A stretch of 64,000 nt of DNA, taken from NCBI RefSeq assembly GCF_963921235.1, contig NC_086128.1, positions 15,500,001 to 15,564,000 of the forward strand, in the 5' to 3' direction. The position numbers and the translations under genes are program-made. Source of the DNA: Mobula hypostoma. Its lineage: Eukaryota. Every line of letters starts with the position of its first letter. Position 1 is the stretch's first letter. The notes under the pieces were generated by a model that saw only the letters and a list, made by a program, of their open reading frames with translations, was not told the origin of the DNA and did no database searches. This document shows positions 1 through 12,141 of this stretch, one piece after another.

Positions 1-688
1 GATCTTCCATTTCCTCTGTTATCAATTTGTGTGTAATCACACAGGAACAGATAGGGTTACCCTTTCCACCTCTAAGATGCTTCTCTTACAGGGGGAAACT
101 GTTGTACTGACCTTGCCAAATATATGTATTTAGGCAGTGAGTACTGGCTGGTTATTGAAACAATGGAGTTTCAGTTTGTCCACTACTTTCAACTTTCAGT
201 GGAGCTTGGAGGATTGTAATCAGCGTAAAGATCGATGGCACTTTAAATCCCTCTCCCTTGTCCTGGGCATAATGAGGACATTTACTGGGCCTCTGTCAGT
301 GCAAAGCTGATTCACGTAAGGAAGGAATGGGACTTGGAGCCCTGGTGTTCATGTGTTAGTGCTGAATGGAGAATATATTTATTGTGCCTCTCTGGTCAGT
401 CAATATTCAAAGCTGGAAGCAAAGCTTCTGCATCTGTTGAACGGGCCGGGTGTAAAAGATCAGGAGTTAGAACAGAGTTTGTAAATTTAAGTATTTAATA
501 TTCATTGTAGATTAATTTAATACCAGAAGTATACAATTTTACTGAAAGGTATAGTATGGAAGATGTGTTTAAAAATTACTCTAGCACGGTTTTATTGAGA
601 AATGCTCGATGGGTGATCAGTTTATGGACAGCCTGCATTCAGCATTTTACCTGGAATAGTTAATTGCGGCAATTATTTTGCTTTGCAG

Positions 689-749
689 GTATGAAGATGA
701 AATTAACATGCGCACAGAAAAAGAAAATGAATTTGTCATGATCAAGAAG
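689..749 (+). CDS. Keratin A exon 3 ([20 protein letters not shown])
   Basis: ttgcag acceptor, gtaggt donor, 61 bp. Confidence 0.95.
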
Positions 750-3700
750 GTAGGTTCATGCTAAAATTGAACCCCATTCATTTCTGCTGGGGAAGTGGTA
801 AGGAAATGCTTGGTTTATCCCTGCTTTGTGCTTAGTTGATCTTAACCAGGGTGCTCACCACCAATTTGCCTGTGAGGGAGAAATTTCAGGAAAAAAAGAT
901 TGGCGCGTGTGCTTGTTAGCTCGGAATACAACAACATGGAACCTGTTGTAAGGGCTCTCGGCCTTGGCAGATGTCATTGTCGCTCCAGTGGGGACTTTAA
1001 TGCAGTGAGAGGTGGGATTGGCATTCTAAGTCAAGCTTGCTGCTTGGCAAAGAGCTGAAATTTGGCTGTCGCATTGGCCCACCATAGACATTGAATATCC
1101 TGCCGACACTTTTCATTGACAAGCCGCGAGCTAAGATCATGCTGAAAACCTTTAAAGCAACCCAGCCCCAAACTGCTCAAGTACTGCTGTAAGTGCAAGC
1201 TTGTTCAGTGGGTGCATGTCTTGCTATACCAGGATCGAGAATGCAAATTTTGTTTTTTTTTAAATCTGGCCACTTTGCCGAACTACATAACACAGGAAAA
1301 GGCCTTTTGGCCCACAATATCTGTACCAAACATGCTGCCAAATTAAGCCAATTACTTCTGCCTGCATATGATCCATATCTCTCCATTTCCTTCACTCATG
1401 TGTCTACCTAACAGCCTCTTAAGACCCTCTGTTTACTTCCAGCACTGCCCCTGACAGCCCAATCCAGACACCTACCACTGCTCTTTTTTTAATTTGCCCT
1501 GCATATCTCCTTTGAACTCTCTCTTTTCACCTCCGCACCCCCCCCCCCCCCGCCTGATCCCTTGCCTTAAGCACACCTGAAGGTATGTAAAATGACTGGT
1601 GATCAGGAAACTGGTCTGCAGAAAAAAAAAATGGCTGGAGGATTAAAAGTAATCTTTTGGTGTTGAAACCATTCAGTCCATTTCCAATCTCAATCTGTTC
1701 CTGTGCCGTGCACGTATTTTATGCTGGTCTCTTTTGTTTTTCCCTTGTAGGATGTTGATGAAAGCTATCTCAACAAGGTGGAGTTGGAGGCGAAGCTCGA
1801 GAACCTGACTGATGAAATCAACTTCCTGAAGGAAATATTTGATGAGGTAATGACCAGATTGCATGTAAAGGGAAGATCTAGACAGTTGTTGTGAAGACTT
1901 CTGTTTTCACTGGGGGAAAAAAAAGTCCTGGAGTTGGATTAGGAAGGCATAAGAGCTAAGTATGGTTTATTCTCTCATTGGAGCATACAACATAGGAGCT
2001 TAATTACCCACTCCTGCTGCTCTTGCCTGCTCAACCTGATCTTTTTGCATTCCCCATTAACACTGTATCCAATAGTCTATTCACCTCACTCTGAATATCT
2101 AATAAATCAGCCTCTCAACCTCGCAATGGTGAATACTTCAATGATTCGCAACACTCTAATGGAAGAAATTCACCTAGGAACTTTTGTCAACCTCCTAACT
2201 TCATTACTGAAGGATCTGGCTGTAATTTGGAGTCTCTGACGACTTGTCCAAGATCTTGACCCATACTGAGATGGAACGTAGTGTGAGATCTAGTAACTTG
2301 TATGTTTACACTCAAGTCAAGACATGAGCTTATAAAGTGCTAGACCATTATTGATGGCCATACCCATTATGATCTGGATTTCAGCTATCCACATTCGTCA
2401 AATTATGTGTTTGAGCTACTACAAATGGCAGTAATCTCTAGATGCTTCCATTGTTACATTATCTAACCTATTCAATGGGTATGAATAGTTTCCATCTGTC
2501 ATCTGAATACATGCAGCAGGAAATAGATCCTGCTGTACTAAATGACCTTTAAAGCAATGTTTACCAGTTAAACTTGTTGACATAATTCTGACATGGTGTA
2601 CAATATAAATATAATCTTCTCATTTGTTTCGGTTTGAGCAATGGCTGTAACTGCTACACAGGGCATGGGCATTGCTCAGTTGAGCTAAATCTCCGTTTTG
2701 CCACCCAGGAAATCCATGACTTGCAAGCACAGATCAAGAACACTGCTGTCACTGTGGAAGTTGACACCAGCCGTAACCTGGACCTTGGCAATATCATCAA
2801 CGAAGTCCGGGCGCAGTATGAAGGAATGGTGAACAAAATGCGCCAAGAAAACATGGTTACGTGTGAGATGAAGGTAAGAGCTCTCTTATTATTGCCAATG
2901 AGCCATCAGTTTAAAAACTTCTGGTGGAGTCCTGTGACCACCAGTGAGTCTGAATGATCTTCTAGGAAGCCACAATTAACAATGCAGATTGCCTAAACTT
3001 GGCATCCCACAAATATAAATACTCAATTCCAGAACAAGCTTGGTCTCGAAGAGGTGGTTTCTGACTATAAAATTGTGCTTTTTGCTAATAAAAGTGCAGT
3101 ACAATTTCAGCTGCAATTTCCCTTCAAATCTCACAGGGCATTCTGCTTTTCTTTTGACATAGCTGTCGTTGATCCCCTTCCCAGCTTTCTCTCCATATTC
3201 CTACAGTTTCTGCTTTTGGCAGACTTATCCAATTCCCTTCTGAAAGTTATTTGAGTCTGCTTCTACCTCCCTTTTGGAAAATGCATGGCAAATCCTAGCA
3301 ACTAGCTGTGGGGGAAGACACTCATCTGTTATTTTGCCTTGCTATGTGCCCTTGTGTGCCAAGAGTTTCTCCCTGTATATTGTAAAACTGAATGATCAAC
3401 ACTTCTCTGTGGGTGTACATTAGGAAATCTTTCAAAAAATGTATGAAATTAGATCAACTGCTAGCTGTGCATCTTTCCCCTATCCTCAAAGGCAAATTTC
3501 CCCTGTGTTTTATTTTCTGGAAACACAAAGTAGTGTGGTGTAGGACTGATGTGCCCCTAAAAGATGCATTTGAATTGAAACTCTTTTCCAGTTCATGTGT
3601 CTCTGTGTCTCTCATCAATGTTTGGCAGTAGCTGCAGCACCATTTGCTTTCATGGTTCTGATGAATTTCAGGCTGTTTGAAGAATGATAATAAGCTTTGC

Positions 3701-6700
3701 ATTAACAATATTTCTGTTTTAGTTCAGCGATATGAAGAAGAATTCTGGAAAATGTGCAGATGAGCTCCGTGTTGTGAAGACTGAGATCACAGAAATGCAA
3801 AGACAAAATGGAAGACTAACTTCTGAAATCCAGGCTTTGAAGCAACAAGTAAGAGCATTGTAAAATGCTTGTTCTTTTTTTTTCCCCCCTCTCTGAACTG
3901 ACTCCAGTTGAGAGTCCCAATTAACTTTCTACTGTTAGGGAGGGCGGACATACGACCTTCTCAATGGAGTCACAGAAACGGGTCCTTCCATCCAACTCAT
4001 CTGTGCTGCCAAAATGCCTTCCATATCCCTGACCTGTCCAAATGTCCTTTAATGTAATTGTATACATTCTCATCACTTCCCCTGCTAGCTCATTCCATAC
4101 ATCCACGTGTGTGTGCATGTGTGAATTTGATCTTCAGATCCCCTTTAAATCTTTTGCCTCACTTTAAACCTGTTATCTCTAGTCTTCGACGAATTTACTG
4201 TAAGAGTAGGTGGAAAAGATGGTGACTATTCACTTTGTCTATATCCCTCATGATCACCACTCTGCCTCATTTGCTCCAGGGAAAACAGTCCGAGCCTATC
4301 CAGCCCAAGCTCTCCTTGTAACTCGGACTTCCAGTCCTGGCAACATCCTTGTGAATCCTTTCTGCACCTTTCCCAACTTGTTGCCATCCTTCCTATAGCT
4401 AGCTGACCAGAGGGGCACTCAAGGTCCCAAGTGCACTGTCACCAATGTCTTGTACAGCAGTAACGTGATGTCTCAACTTTTATACTCTGCTCTGACTAAT
4501 AAAGTCAAGTGTGCTTTGTGTGTTACAGAAAGATGCGCTAGAGGCTGCAATTTCTGAGGCAGAAGACCGTGGAAAAAGGGCCATTATTGATGCTAAGAAC
4601 CGCATTACTGAACTTCAGAATGCCATTGAGAAAAACAACCAAGAAATGATCCGCCAAGTGCGAGAGTACCAGGAGCTGATGAACACCAAGCTTGCCCTTG
4701 ACATTGAAATTGCCACTTACAGGAAACTGCTTGAAGGAGAAGAGAGCAGGTTTGTACATTAACATTAATTGGGTTAAATTGCACTGAGTGATTCTCAAAG
4801 TTAAGTTTGCCATATGCACGATTGTATGTTTGCACAGGTGCAATGAAAGATAGATGTGCATTAAGGTTTTTCCTCAACTTGGGTGCTAGTTTGATGACTA
4901 CCTGAGGTGAAATGCAGTTAGTGACCTGCAAATGTGTTCCAGTCTTGGGCTGTTTTCTGAGAATGTAGCAAGAGGTTACTTTGGAGGCTGATCTAGTCAT
5001 CTTACTGGAATTGGTCGCTGGTGCAGCAGACATGTTGGACTGGATCTTTAGTGTTACTTGGGCATTCTAGGCAAAGGATCCAGCCCCTCAAAAAGCCTGG
5101 CTGCCCCATGTTGTATTTTTTTTGAGCTCCAAGTGGACATGTTCTTGATCTAAGCCTTTGATTATTCTGGGCTGTTCTTCACAACTGCTGAAAGGCGTGG
5201 GTATGTTTAAAATGCTGCACAAGTGTTGTAGCCCTAAAACTGTAAATGAAGTCTATACTCAGCCTGGAACATCGACTACCTATTTATTTCCTTATATGCT
5301 GCCTGCCCTGCTGAGTTCCTCCCAGAATTTTGTGTGTTGCTTTGGATTTCCAGCCTCAACAGCCTCATGTTTGTCCTATACTCCAAGTGCAGTGTTTATT
5401 AAAGTTGAATGTTTACTCATTTCCATAGATGCTGCCTGACCTGAGACCCTCCAGCATGTTGTGTGTGTTGCAATGAACCCTATTTATGATCTGGGGTGGG
5501 GGGGGGGGGCCTTTGCTCTGCAACACTTGGAGATGCACTGGTCTGTCAACTAGTTATATAATCTATAGCTCTGCATGAGACTGAATTGATTCCAAGGGGA
5601 AACAAGGGGACTAAATTCTGAATGAACATTTTGCTCTCGATGACGAGACTTGTGGATTACTTGAAGCTTCGGCAGAGTTTCTGCTCAAGGTTTCCAAAAA
5701 GAGGGGTTTTAAACTCTGTCCCCTCTATTGGACAGAACACTGGTAAAGTGCTTAATGACAAAAAAAAGTAATTCTTTGACAATCCTCTTCCTGAAAAGTA
5801 TATTAAAACTATCTATGCTAACTAGCCCTTGGAATAAAGTAATATTGATTCACTAATTTGTTAATGTTTAGCACCAATGGCTACAATAAAATTAAACATG
5901 TGAAGTAAATGTCATTTGAAATGTATTTTCAGTTTGGTCATTGAGGGAATTAAATGCAGCATCTCCAAGTTTGCGGATGGCTGAATGGCCTACTCCTGCA
6001 CCTATTTTCTATGTTTCTATTACCTCATCAAACAAAGTTACTCCAATTACTAAGGTAGAACCAATGGCTACAAATTTAAATTGGTTGAGAAGCAGTAGGA
6101 AATCAGTAGTAGGAAAGGGCTTGCTTGCCAGGCTGAGTTGTGGTATCTCCTCCAGAGCCTCTCCCACTACTTCACTTGGTATGTGTCAGGATTTGCCTCG
6201 TGACTGTTTGAAAAACATTAGGATTGGCTAGTCCCTGAGGCCTGACTGGGATACAACCCAGGTTACTATGGGAAGTGAAGGAAGAGATTGCTCCACCTTT
6301 GGTGATTTCTGCATCCTTGCTGGCCACAGGAGAAGTACCAAAAGATTGGAGAGTGGCACACACCTTAAAGAAAAGAAATACAATAAGGATAATCCTGGGA
6401 ATTATGAACCAGTGTTTCTTGTGTCAGTGGTGGGCAAACTATTGGAGAGATTCTTAGGGACAAGATCTAAGTAATTAGCAAAGCTGTCTTATTAGGGATA
6501 GTCAGCATGGCTTTGTGAGGGGCAGGTTATGTCTCACCAGTGGTGTCTCACAGGGATTTGTTCTAGGACCCCCTGCTCTTTGTAATTTTTAAAGAAGACT
6601 TGGATGAGGAAGTAGAAGGGTGAGTTACTAAGTTTGCAGATGGTATGAAGGTTGGTGGTATTGTGGATGATGTAGAAAGTTGTTGAGGGTTACAGTGGCA

Positions 6701-9126
6701 CATTGATAGGTTGCAAAGCTGGGCTGAGAAGTAGCAGATGAAGTTCAACCTGGACATGTGTGAATTGGTGCACTTTTGGAAGTTTTCTTACCGGTGTGAA
6801 GAAACAGACCTTGAGATCCATGTCCATAGGTCTCTCAAAGTTGCTGCACAAGTTGAATGGGTGGTTAAGAAGGCATAATGGTGTTTTGGCCTTCATTAGT
6901 CAGGAGATTGAGTTCAAGAGCCATGGGGTAATAACTCTATAACACTTGTTTTGCCACATTTGGAGTGTTATGTTCAGTTCTGCTCACCTCGTAGGAAGGA
7001 TGTGGAAGCTTTAGAGTGCAGAGGAGTTTTGCCAGGATGCTGCTTGAATTGCAGAGCGTGTCTTTTGAGAATGGGTTGAGTGAGGCAAGACTTTTCTCTT
7101 CAGAGAGAAGGAAGATGAGAGGTGACTTGATAGAAATGTACAAGATAAGAGGCATAAATTGTGGACAGCCAGTGATTCTCTACCCGCCCCGCCCCAGGTG
7201 GAAATGGCTAATACAAGGGTCATAATTTTAAGGTGATTGGGGGAGAGTATGGGGAGGAGGTCAAGGTGTCAGAGGTAGGTTTTTTGTGTATTTTTTAAGA
7301 GTGCCCTGCCAGAGTTGGTGGTAAAGGCAGATACATTAGGTACACTTAAGAAACTTGGATATGCACATGAATTATAGAAAAATATAGAGGGCTATGTGGG
7401 AGGGGAAGGTTCTTGGAGTAGTTTAAAAGGTCAGCACAGCATTATGGGCCAAAGGTGCTGTACTATTCCTTTTTCACTGGACAATCAGCAGTGTTACTGG
7501 ATGCCAGATGAGAGCTCCAGGCCAAGATGAAGCAATTCTAAGTATGAATAAGTGCTACATAAACTATGGGTTCCACTTTTTTTTTTATTTGCCAGTGTTT
7601 TCTTTCAAATAATAGTTACTCTTGTCTTTGATTACAGGTTGTCAAAGCCAGTGAACGTAACTTTGCACCAATCAGTAAAAAGTAAGAAAAGTGCTCATGT
7701 CTTTTTTAGTAAATCAAATCTAAATATAAGAAATTCTGAACTGCTGGAAATCTTGAGCAACATACAAAATGTTGGAGGAACTCAGCAAGTTGGGCAGCAT
7801 CTAATGAGAGGAATAAACAATTGACATTTGGGGCCCAAGAGCATTCATCAGGACTCTTCATTCAGTTTTGATGAAGGATTTTTGTCTGAAACATTGAAAG
7901 TTTATTCCCCTCCACTTGACTTGATAAATTCCTCCAGCATTTTGTATGTGTTGCTCAAAAACTAATCTTGTGTACAGCAGGATATTTTAGTTGTTCACTC
8001 TTCTAGGGTCCCATGATCTCTTTGAAACTAGGCCTGGGCCAGAGTGGGCAGAGTGGGTATTCATGGGAAGGGTTATGTTGCCTTTTTTTTCCAGATAGTT
8101 TGAATCTTATTTCCTCAGAGAAAGTTGCCTTAGAGAGTCAGGATCTTATCAGATGTAGTTTGCATCCATTAGGAGGTTAAACTAAACCTGTTTAAAGAGG
8201 TGATTTTTAAAGAAACATTAGAGGAGTGAGAGGTGGAGAGTTGCATTGATGTTAGATACTTCTCATTTTCAGCACTGAGCATCACTTGCAAGCTATGCAT
8301 TTATTGCCAGCTCAGATTGCCCTTGAGAAAGCAATGGTGAATTAGCACCTCGAACTGCTCAAGTGTTTAGTAGAGCCAGTCCAAGAATGTATAGGATCCA
8401 AGCAGCTGAAGACACAGTTGATAATGGTGGAACAATTGAAATAAAGGAGGCTGTAAAGCCTGGAAGAATGCAGAGATCTTGGTGGATGGTAGGAATGGAG
8501 AAGATTAGGTTCAGTGGTAGAGGTGAGACTTGGCAGGATCTGAATGCAGTGACAAATATTAATCTAGCAGAAAATGTTGTCCCCATGGCCCTACAAGAGG
8601 ACAAGAGTCCTATTATGGAATCGAACTAACCCTGTTAGAATATTTCCCCCACCTTCACTTGTCCATTCTGCCCCCTTTAGGATTGTGAAATCAGAAATCC
8701 AGCTTTTTCTGTTACACTCTCTTCATGTGAACTTTGAGTAAATGATTGGTCTAATGTTCCTGATTTCAAGTAGAAGGGCACAGTCTTGACCAATCCATCT
8801 ACTTTGTACAAAGGCAGGGCAGGTTCCCTTGCTGGGATAGTAGCTGATCTTGGCAGACTATTGGTGTTTATTGTTGGCCATGGGTACTGCTTAATATTCA
8901 GTTAGTAAGTTGGTAGATGTGCTTTCCAATATAATCCTTACTAATTATTTCCTTGTGATTCAATTGTCTCTGTTTAATAGACTATTCATATCCAGTAATG
9001 CATTTTGAGAGCGCAGTCCATGGTGGCCTGGAATCAAGTGGAACAGTCAAATCTCTTATTGTCAAGACAATTGAGACCAAGAATGGGAAGACACTCTCTG
9101 AGTCATCTATTCTTCAAAGAAGATGA
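689..9126 (+). CDS. Keratin gene A: type II cytoskeletal 8-like keratin, 5'-partial (exons 3-9; exons 1-2 lie upstream of the window)
   Basis: join(689..749,1751..1846,2709..2873,3723..3848,4529..4749,7638..7681,8981..9126). All introns are GT-AG. Exon sizes 61/96/165/126/221 are the canonical type II keratin sizes. Intact [15 protein letters not shown] helix-termination motif; K8-type tail [18 protein letters not shown]. Confidence 0.95.
1751..1846 (+). CDS. Keratin A exon 4 ([32 protein letters not shown])
   Basis: ttgtag acceptor, gtaatg donor, 96 bp. Confidence 0.95.
2709..2873 (+). CDS. Keratin A exon 5 ([26 protein letters not shown]...TCEMK)
   Basis: acccag acceptor, gtaaga donor, 165 bp; L12 linker motif [11 protein letters not shown]. 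Confidence 0.95.
3723..3848 (+). CDS. Keratin A exon 6 ([25 protein letters not shown]...ALKQQ)
   Basis: ttttag acceptor, gtaaga donor, 126 bp. Confidence 0.93.
4529..4749 (+). CDS. Keratin A exon 7 (coil 2B, ...[18 protein letters not shown])
   Basis: ttacag acceptor, gtttgt donor, 221 bp; IF signature motif. Confidence 0.97.
5942..6020 (+). mobile_element. 79-bp internally deleted CR1 remnant (RT fragment fused to 3' tail)
   Basis: 5942-5981 matches 28565-28604; 5979-6020 matches 29481-29522 of the CR1 in this window. Confidence 0.85.
6220..7460 (+). mobile_element. Decayed CR1 LINE ORF2/3' fragment in keratin A intron 7
   Basis: Degenerate CR1 RT motifs (NPGNYxPV, KFADxxKVGG, RMRGDLIE) with stops and frameshifts. 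Confidence 0.8.
7638..7681 (+). CDS. Keratin A exon 8 ([14 protein letters not shown])
   Basis: attacag acceptor, gtaaga donor; 44 bp with phase 2 in and phase 1 out, as needed to join exons 7 and 9. Confidence 0.8.
7753..7958. repeat. Fold-back pair of Penelope terminal-repeat fragments with decayed hammerhead cores
   Basis: 7753-7855 and 7864-7958 are imperfect inverted repeats of the ...caaaatgctggaggaactcagc... repeat. Confidence 0.7.
8981..9126 (+). CDS. Keratin A exon 9, tail ([48 protein letters not shown])
   Basis: taatag acceptor; K8/vimentin-type VKxIETxxGK motif; TGA at 9124-9126. Confidence 0.92.
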
Positions 9127-9256
9127 AGTACTTGTGTTTTATTAAAAGCTGTGTCTGGTCATTTCAATAATTTTTAATGTCCTGCATTTCAAGGCCTCAA
9201 TGAGTTGCGATAAGGATTTGTGAAGGATTTTTTTCCACTCCTGGGAATTAAAATGA

Positions 9257-9262
9257 AATAAA
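9257..9262 (+). terminator. Probable polyadenylation signal of keratin A
   Basis: AATAAA about 130 bp after the stop codon, followed by T-rich sequence. Confidence 0.6.
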
Positions 9263-9939
9263 GCTTGATAATGCAATGCATATATGTATTCTTGGTTATT
9301 TTACAATTAATTTTCATCAGAGGTTAACCATCTTGCTGTCATGGGGTGGGGTGGGGGGGTGGGGTAGGGTGTGATGATATGAGGAAACTTGTACTTCAGT
9401 GAGTGTTCTTTTATAAATTCCCTGAAAGAAATTGTTTTCCCTGGGTGATCCACATTCCCTGGTTCTGGAGAAGACGAAACAGAAGATTGGGGAAAGTTAT
9501 TTAGCAAAAGGTCAAATAGGATGAAGTTCTTTTGAACATGATAAAATGGGAATGATAGGATGGATGTAGACAAAATATTTCTATGTGTAGGAAATTAGAT
9601 GAGGGTACATAAAGGAAATTCTAAAGAAACTTTATTCAAAGAGTGCTTGGAATGTGGAGGCTTGCTCCAAGCTGCAGTTGAGAAAAATAAAGGGGGAACT
9701 GGATAAATATGAAGAGAATAGAAGGACACATTTAATAGGATGGGAAAAAGATTCATGTACCTTACTTTTAACAGATGGCACAATGTGATGACACTGCATT
9801 CAATACAAAGATTTGAATCATTTTAAATTGTTTACTTGGTTTACAATTTTACCCTGATTGTGGGAAGAGAAGTCAGACAATCACTATTCAGTGATTTATA
9901 TCCTTATAACCGATTGTCTTCTCCAAGGATTGTGAGTTC

Positions 9940-10100
9940 CAGAGATCCTCAGTGATGCCGTGTGGAGTTTAGCCATCTGGCACATAGCTCCTGGAAGGGT
10001 CGCCCATGGCAATCAGGTCAAGTGGGAGGTTCCAGACAAAGTGATCCAACCAAGACCTCAATGGTGGAGCTGGCAGACAAAGTTGATGTATTGCAACAGT
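9940..10100 (+). mobile_element. Possible RTE/Rex3 (Expander)-type 5' region
   Basis: ctcctggaagggtcgcccatggcaatcaggtc...ccagacaaag resembles my recollection of fish RTE 5' ends; no coding part follows. Confidence 0.35.
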
Positions 10101-10739
10101 AGCAAAGGGCCCCCAGTAATCTTGCATTCCAGCCGTTGGACGCTAACCCTGGTCTGTTAAAGACTACGTGGTGGCTGCCTATGCTCGTGTATCGGCCTCC
10201 CCCTATTAAAGTCATGTGCAGGTGCTCTCCATTGGGGATGCACACGAACATCCAGGATTAAGTCCCGTGGTGATAAGTATTGAAGGGGGTAGGATTGAGG
10301 TCTGGAAGCCCCTAGTCATGAGGTAAGCACCTGAGGTCCCACCAGTTGACAACCCCTTAGGAGAGCATTGCAGTTGATTCAAGTGATTGCACAGATTCTC
10401 TCATACATGGCCATCAACTCTCCCAAATTCATCTGCACCAGGGGTAACTTAGTGGCCAATTAACTGAGAAGCAACATTTGGGAGATGATGGGTGTTTTAT
10501 CCTGATCGCAGTTTACATTCTGCCAAGGCAGATGTTAAGCAAGCATGCAATGTAGAGTGCCGTGGTTCTATCAAACAAGAAAAGCACTGCCTACCCCAAT
10601 GCCTTTCACATCACTGCTGGGGACTTCAGTCATGCTTGCTTGAAGGAATATCTGCTCAATTATTACCTGCAGCACCTGTAGTCCCAATACACTCGACCAT
10701 TGTTACACTACAATCAAGAATCTGATCGTGGTACGAATC

Positions 10740-12141
10740 TGGCAAGTGTGGATGGGGACAAGTTGTTTTCTGGCAAAGGTGTACTTGGTGAATGGGAGGA
10801 CTTCAAAAGTGAAATTTTGAGGATGTAGTTTGCATGCTTCTGTCAGAATAAAAGGCAAGGATAACAGGTTTAGGGAACTTGGTTTTCAAGAGATATTAAG
10901 CCCTGGTTAAGAAAATGAAGGAGGTGCATAGCGGGTATAGGCAGACAGGAACAAATGAAGTTCTTGATCCTCATTTGCAAGAGAATATTTACAAAGGAAA
11001 TCAGGAGGGTTAAAAGAAGGCATTTAGTTGCCTCCACAGATATATTAAAAGCAAAATGACAGCAAGGGACAAAATTGGCCCTCGAGAAGATCAGAATGGT
11101 AATCTATGTGTGGAGCAAAAGCGATGGGGGAGAGCTTAAATTGTTTCTTTTTGTATCTGTATTTACTCAGGAGACAGTCACAGAGTTTGCAGCAGCGAGG
11201 TCATGGACCCTATACAGATTATAAAGAAGGAGGTGTTTGCTCTTTTGAGGCAAATCAGGATGAATAAATCCCCAGGGCCTGACGAGGTGTTCCCTCGGAC
11301 CCCGTGGGAGGCTAGTGCAGAAATTGCGGGCGCCCTAGCAGGGATTTAAATGATTCTGAGCCAGGGGTGAGGTGCCAGAGGATTGGTTGATAGCAAATGT
11401 TGTTCCGCTATTTAAGGAAGGCTCTAAGGGTAAGCCAGGAAATTACAGGCTGGTGAGACTGACATCAGTAGTGAGAAAGTTATTGGAAGGTTATTGAAAG
11501 TTAAGGGACAGGATATATGAGTATTTAGATAGACAAGGACTGATCAGGGATAGTCATGTCTCTGTGCATGGTCAGTTGTGTCTACCCAATGTTATAGAGT
11601 TTTTTGCGGAAGTTACCAGGATAGTTGATGAAGGCAAGACAGTGGATGTTGTCTACATGGACTTCAGCAAGGCCTTTGACAATGTCCCGCATGGGAGGTT
11701 AGTCAAGAAGTTTCAGTTGCTTGGCATTCAAGATGAGGTCATAAATTGGTTTAAACATTGGCTTTGCAGATGAAGTCAGAGAGTGGTTGTAGATGATTGC
11801 CTCTCTGTCTGGAGGCCTGTAACTAATGGTGTACTACACGCATCAGTGCTTTGTCAGTTATTGTTTGTCATTGATATTAATAATCTGGATAATAATGTGA
11901 TAAACTGGATCAGCAAATTTGCGGATGACACCAACACTGGGGTGTAGTGGACTGCGAGAAAGATTATCAAAACATGCAGCGGGATCTGGACCAGTTGGTG
12001 AAATGGGCTGAAAAATGGCAAATGAAATTTATTGCAGGCAAGTGCGAGGTGTTGAACTTTGGGAGGACCAGCCAGGGTAGGTATTACATGGAGAGTGGTA
12101 GGGTATTGAAGAATGTGGTAGAACGGAGGGATCTTGGAATA
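10740..12141 (+). mobile_element. Old decayed CR1 LINE ORF2 fragment, interrupted by a younger CR1
   Basis: VDVVYMDFSKAFDNVPH and SKFADDT motifs; many stops. Confidence 0.85.

Noticed and set aside
1-688. Search for keratin A exon 2 or another gene at the left edge
   Set aside because: No 209-bp keratin-like exon or convincing ORF; interpreted as intron 2
4538-5033. Minus-strand ORFs over keratin A exon 7 (and 49802-50301 over keratin B exon 7)
   Set aside because: Antisense shadows of coiled-coil exons
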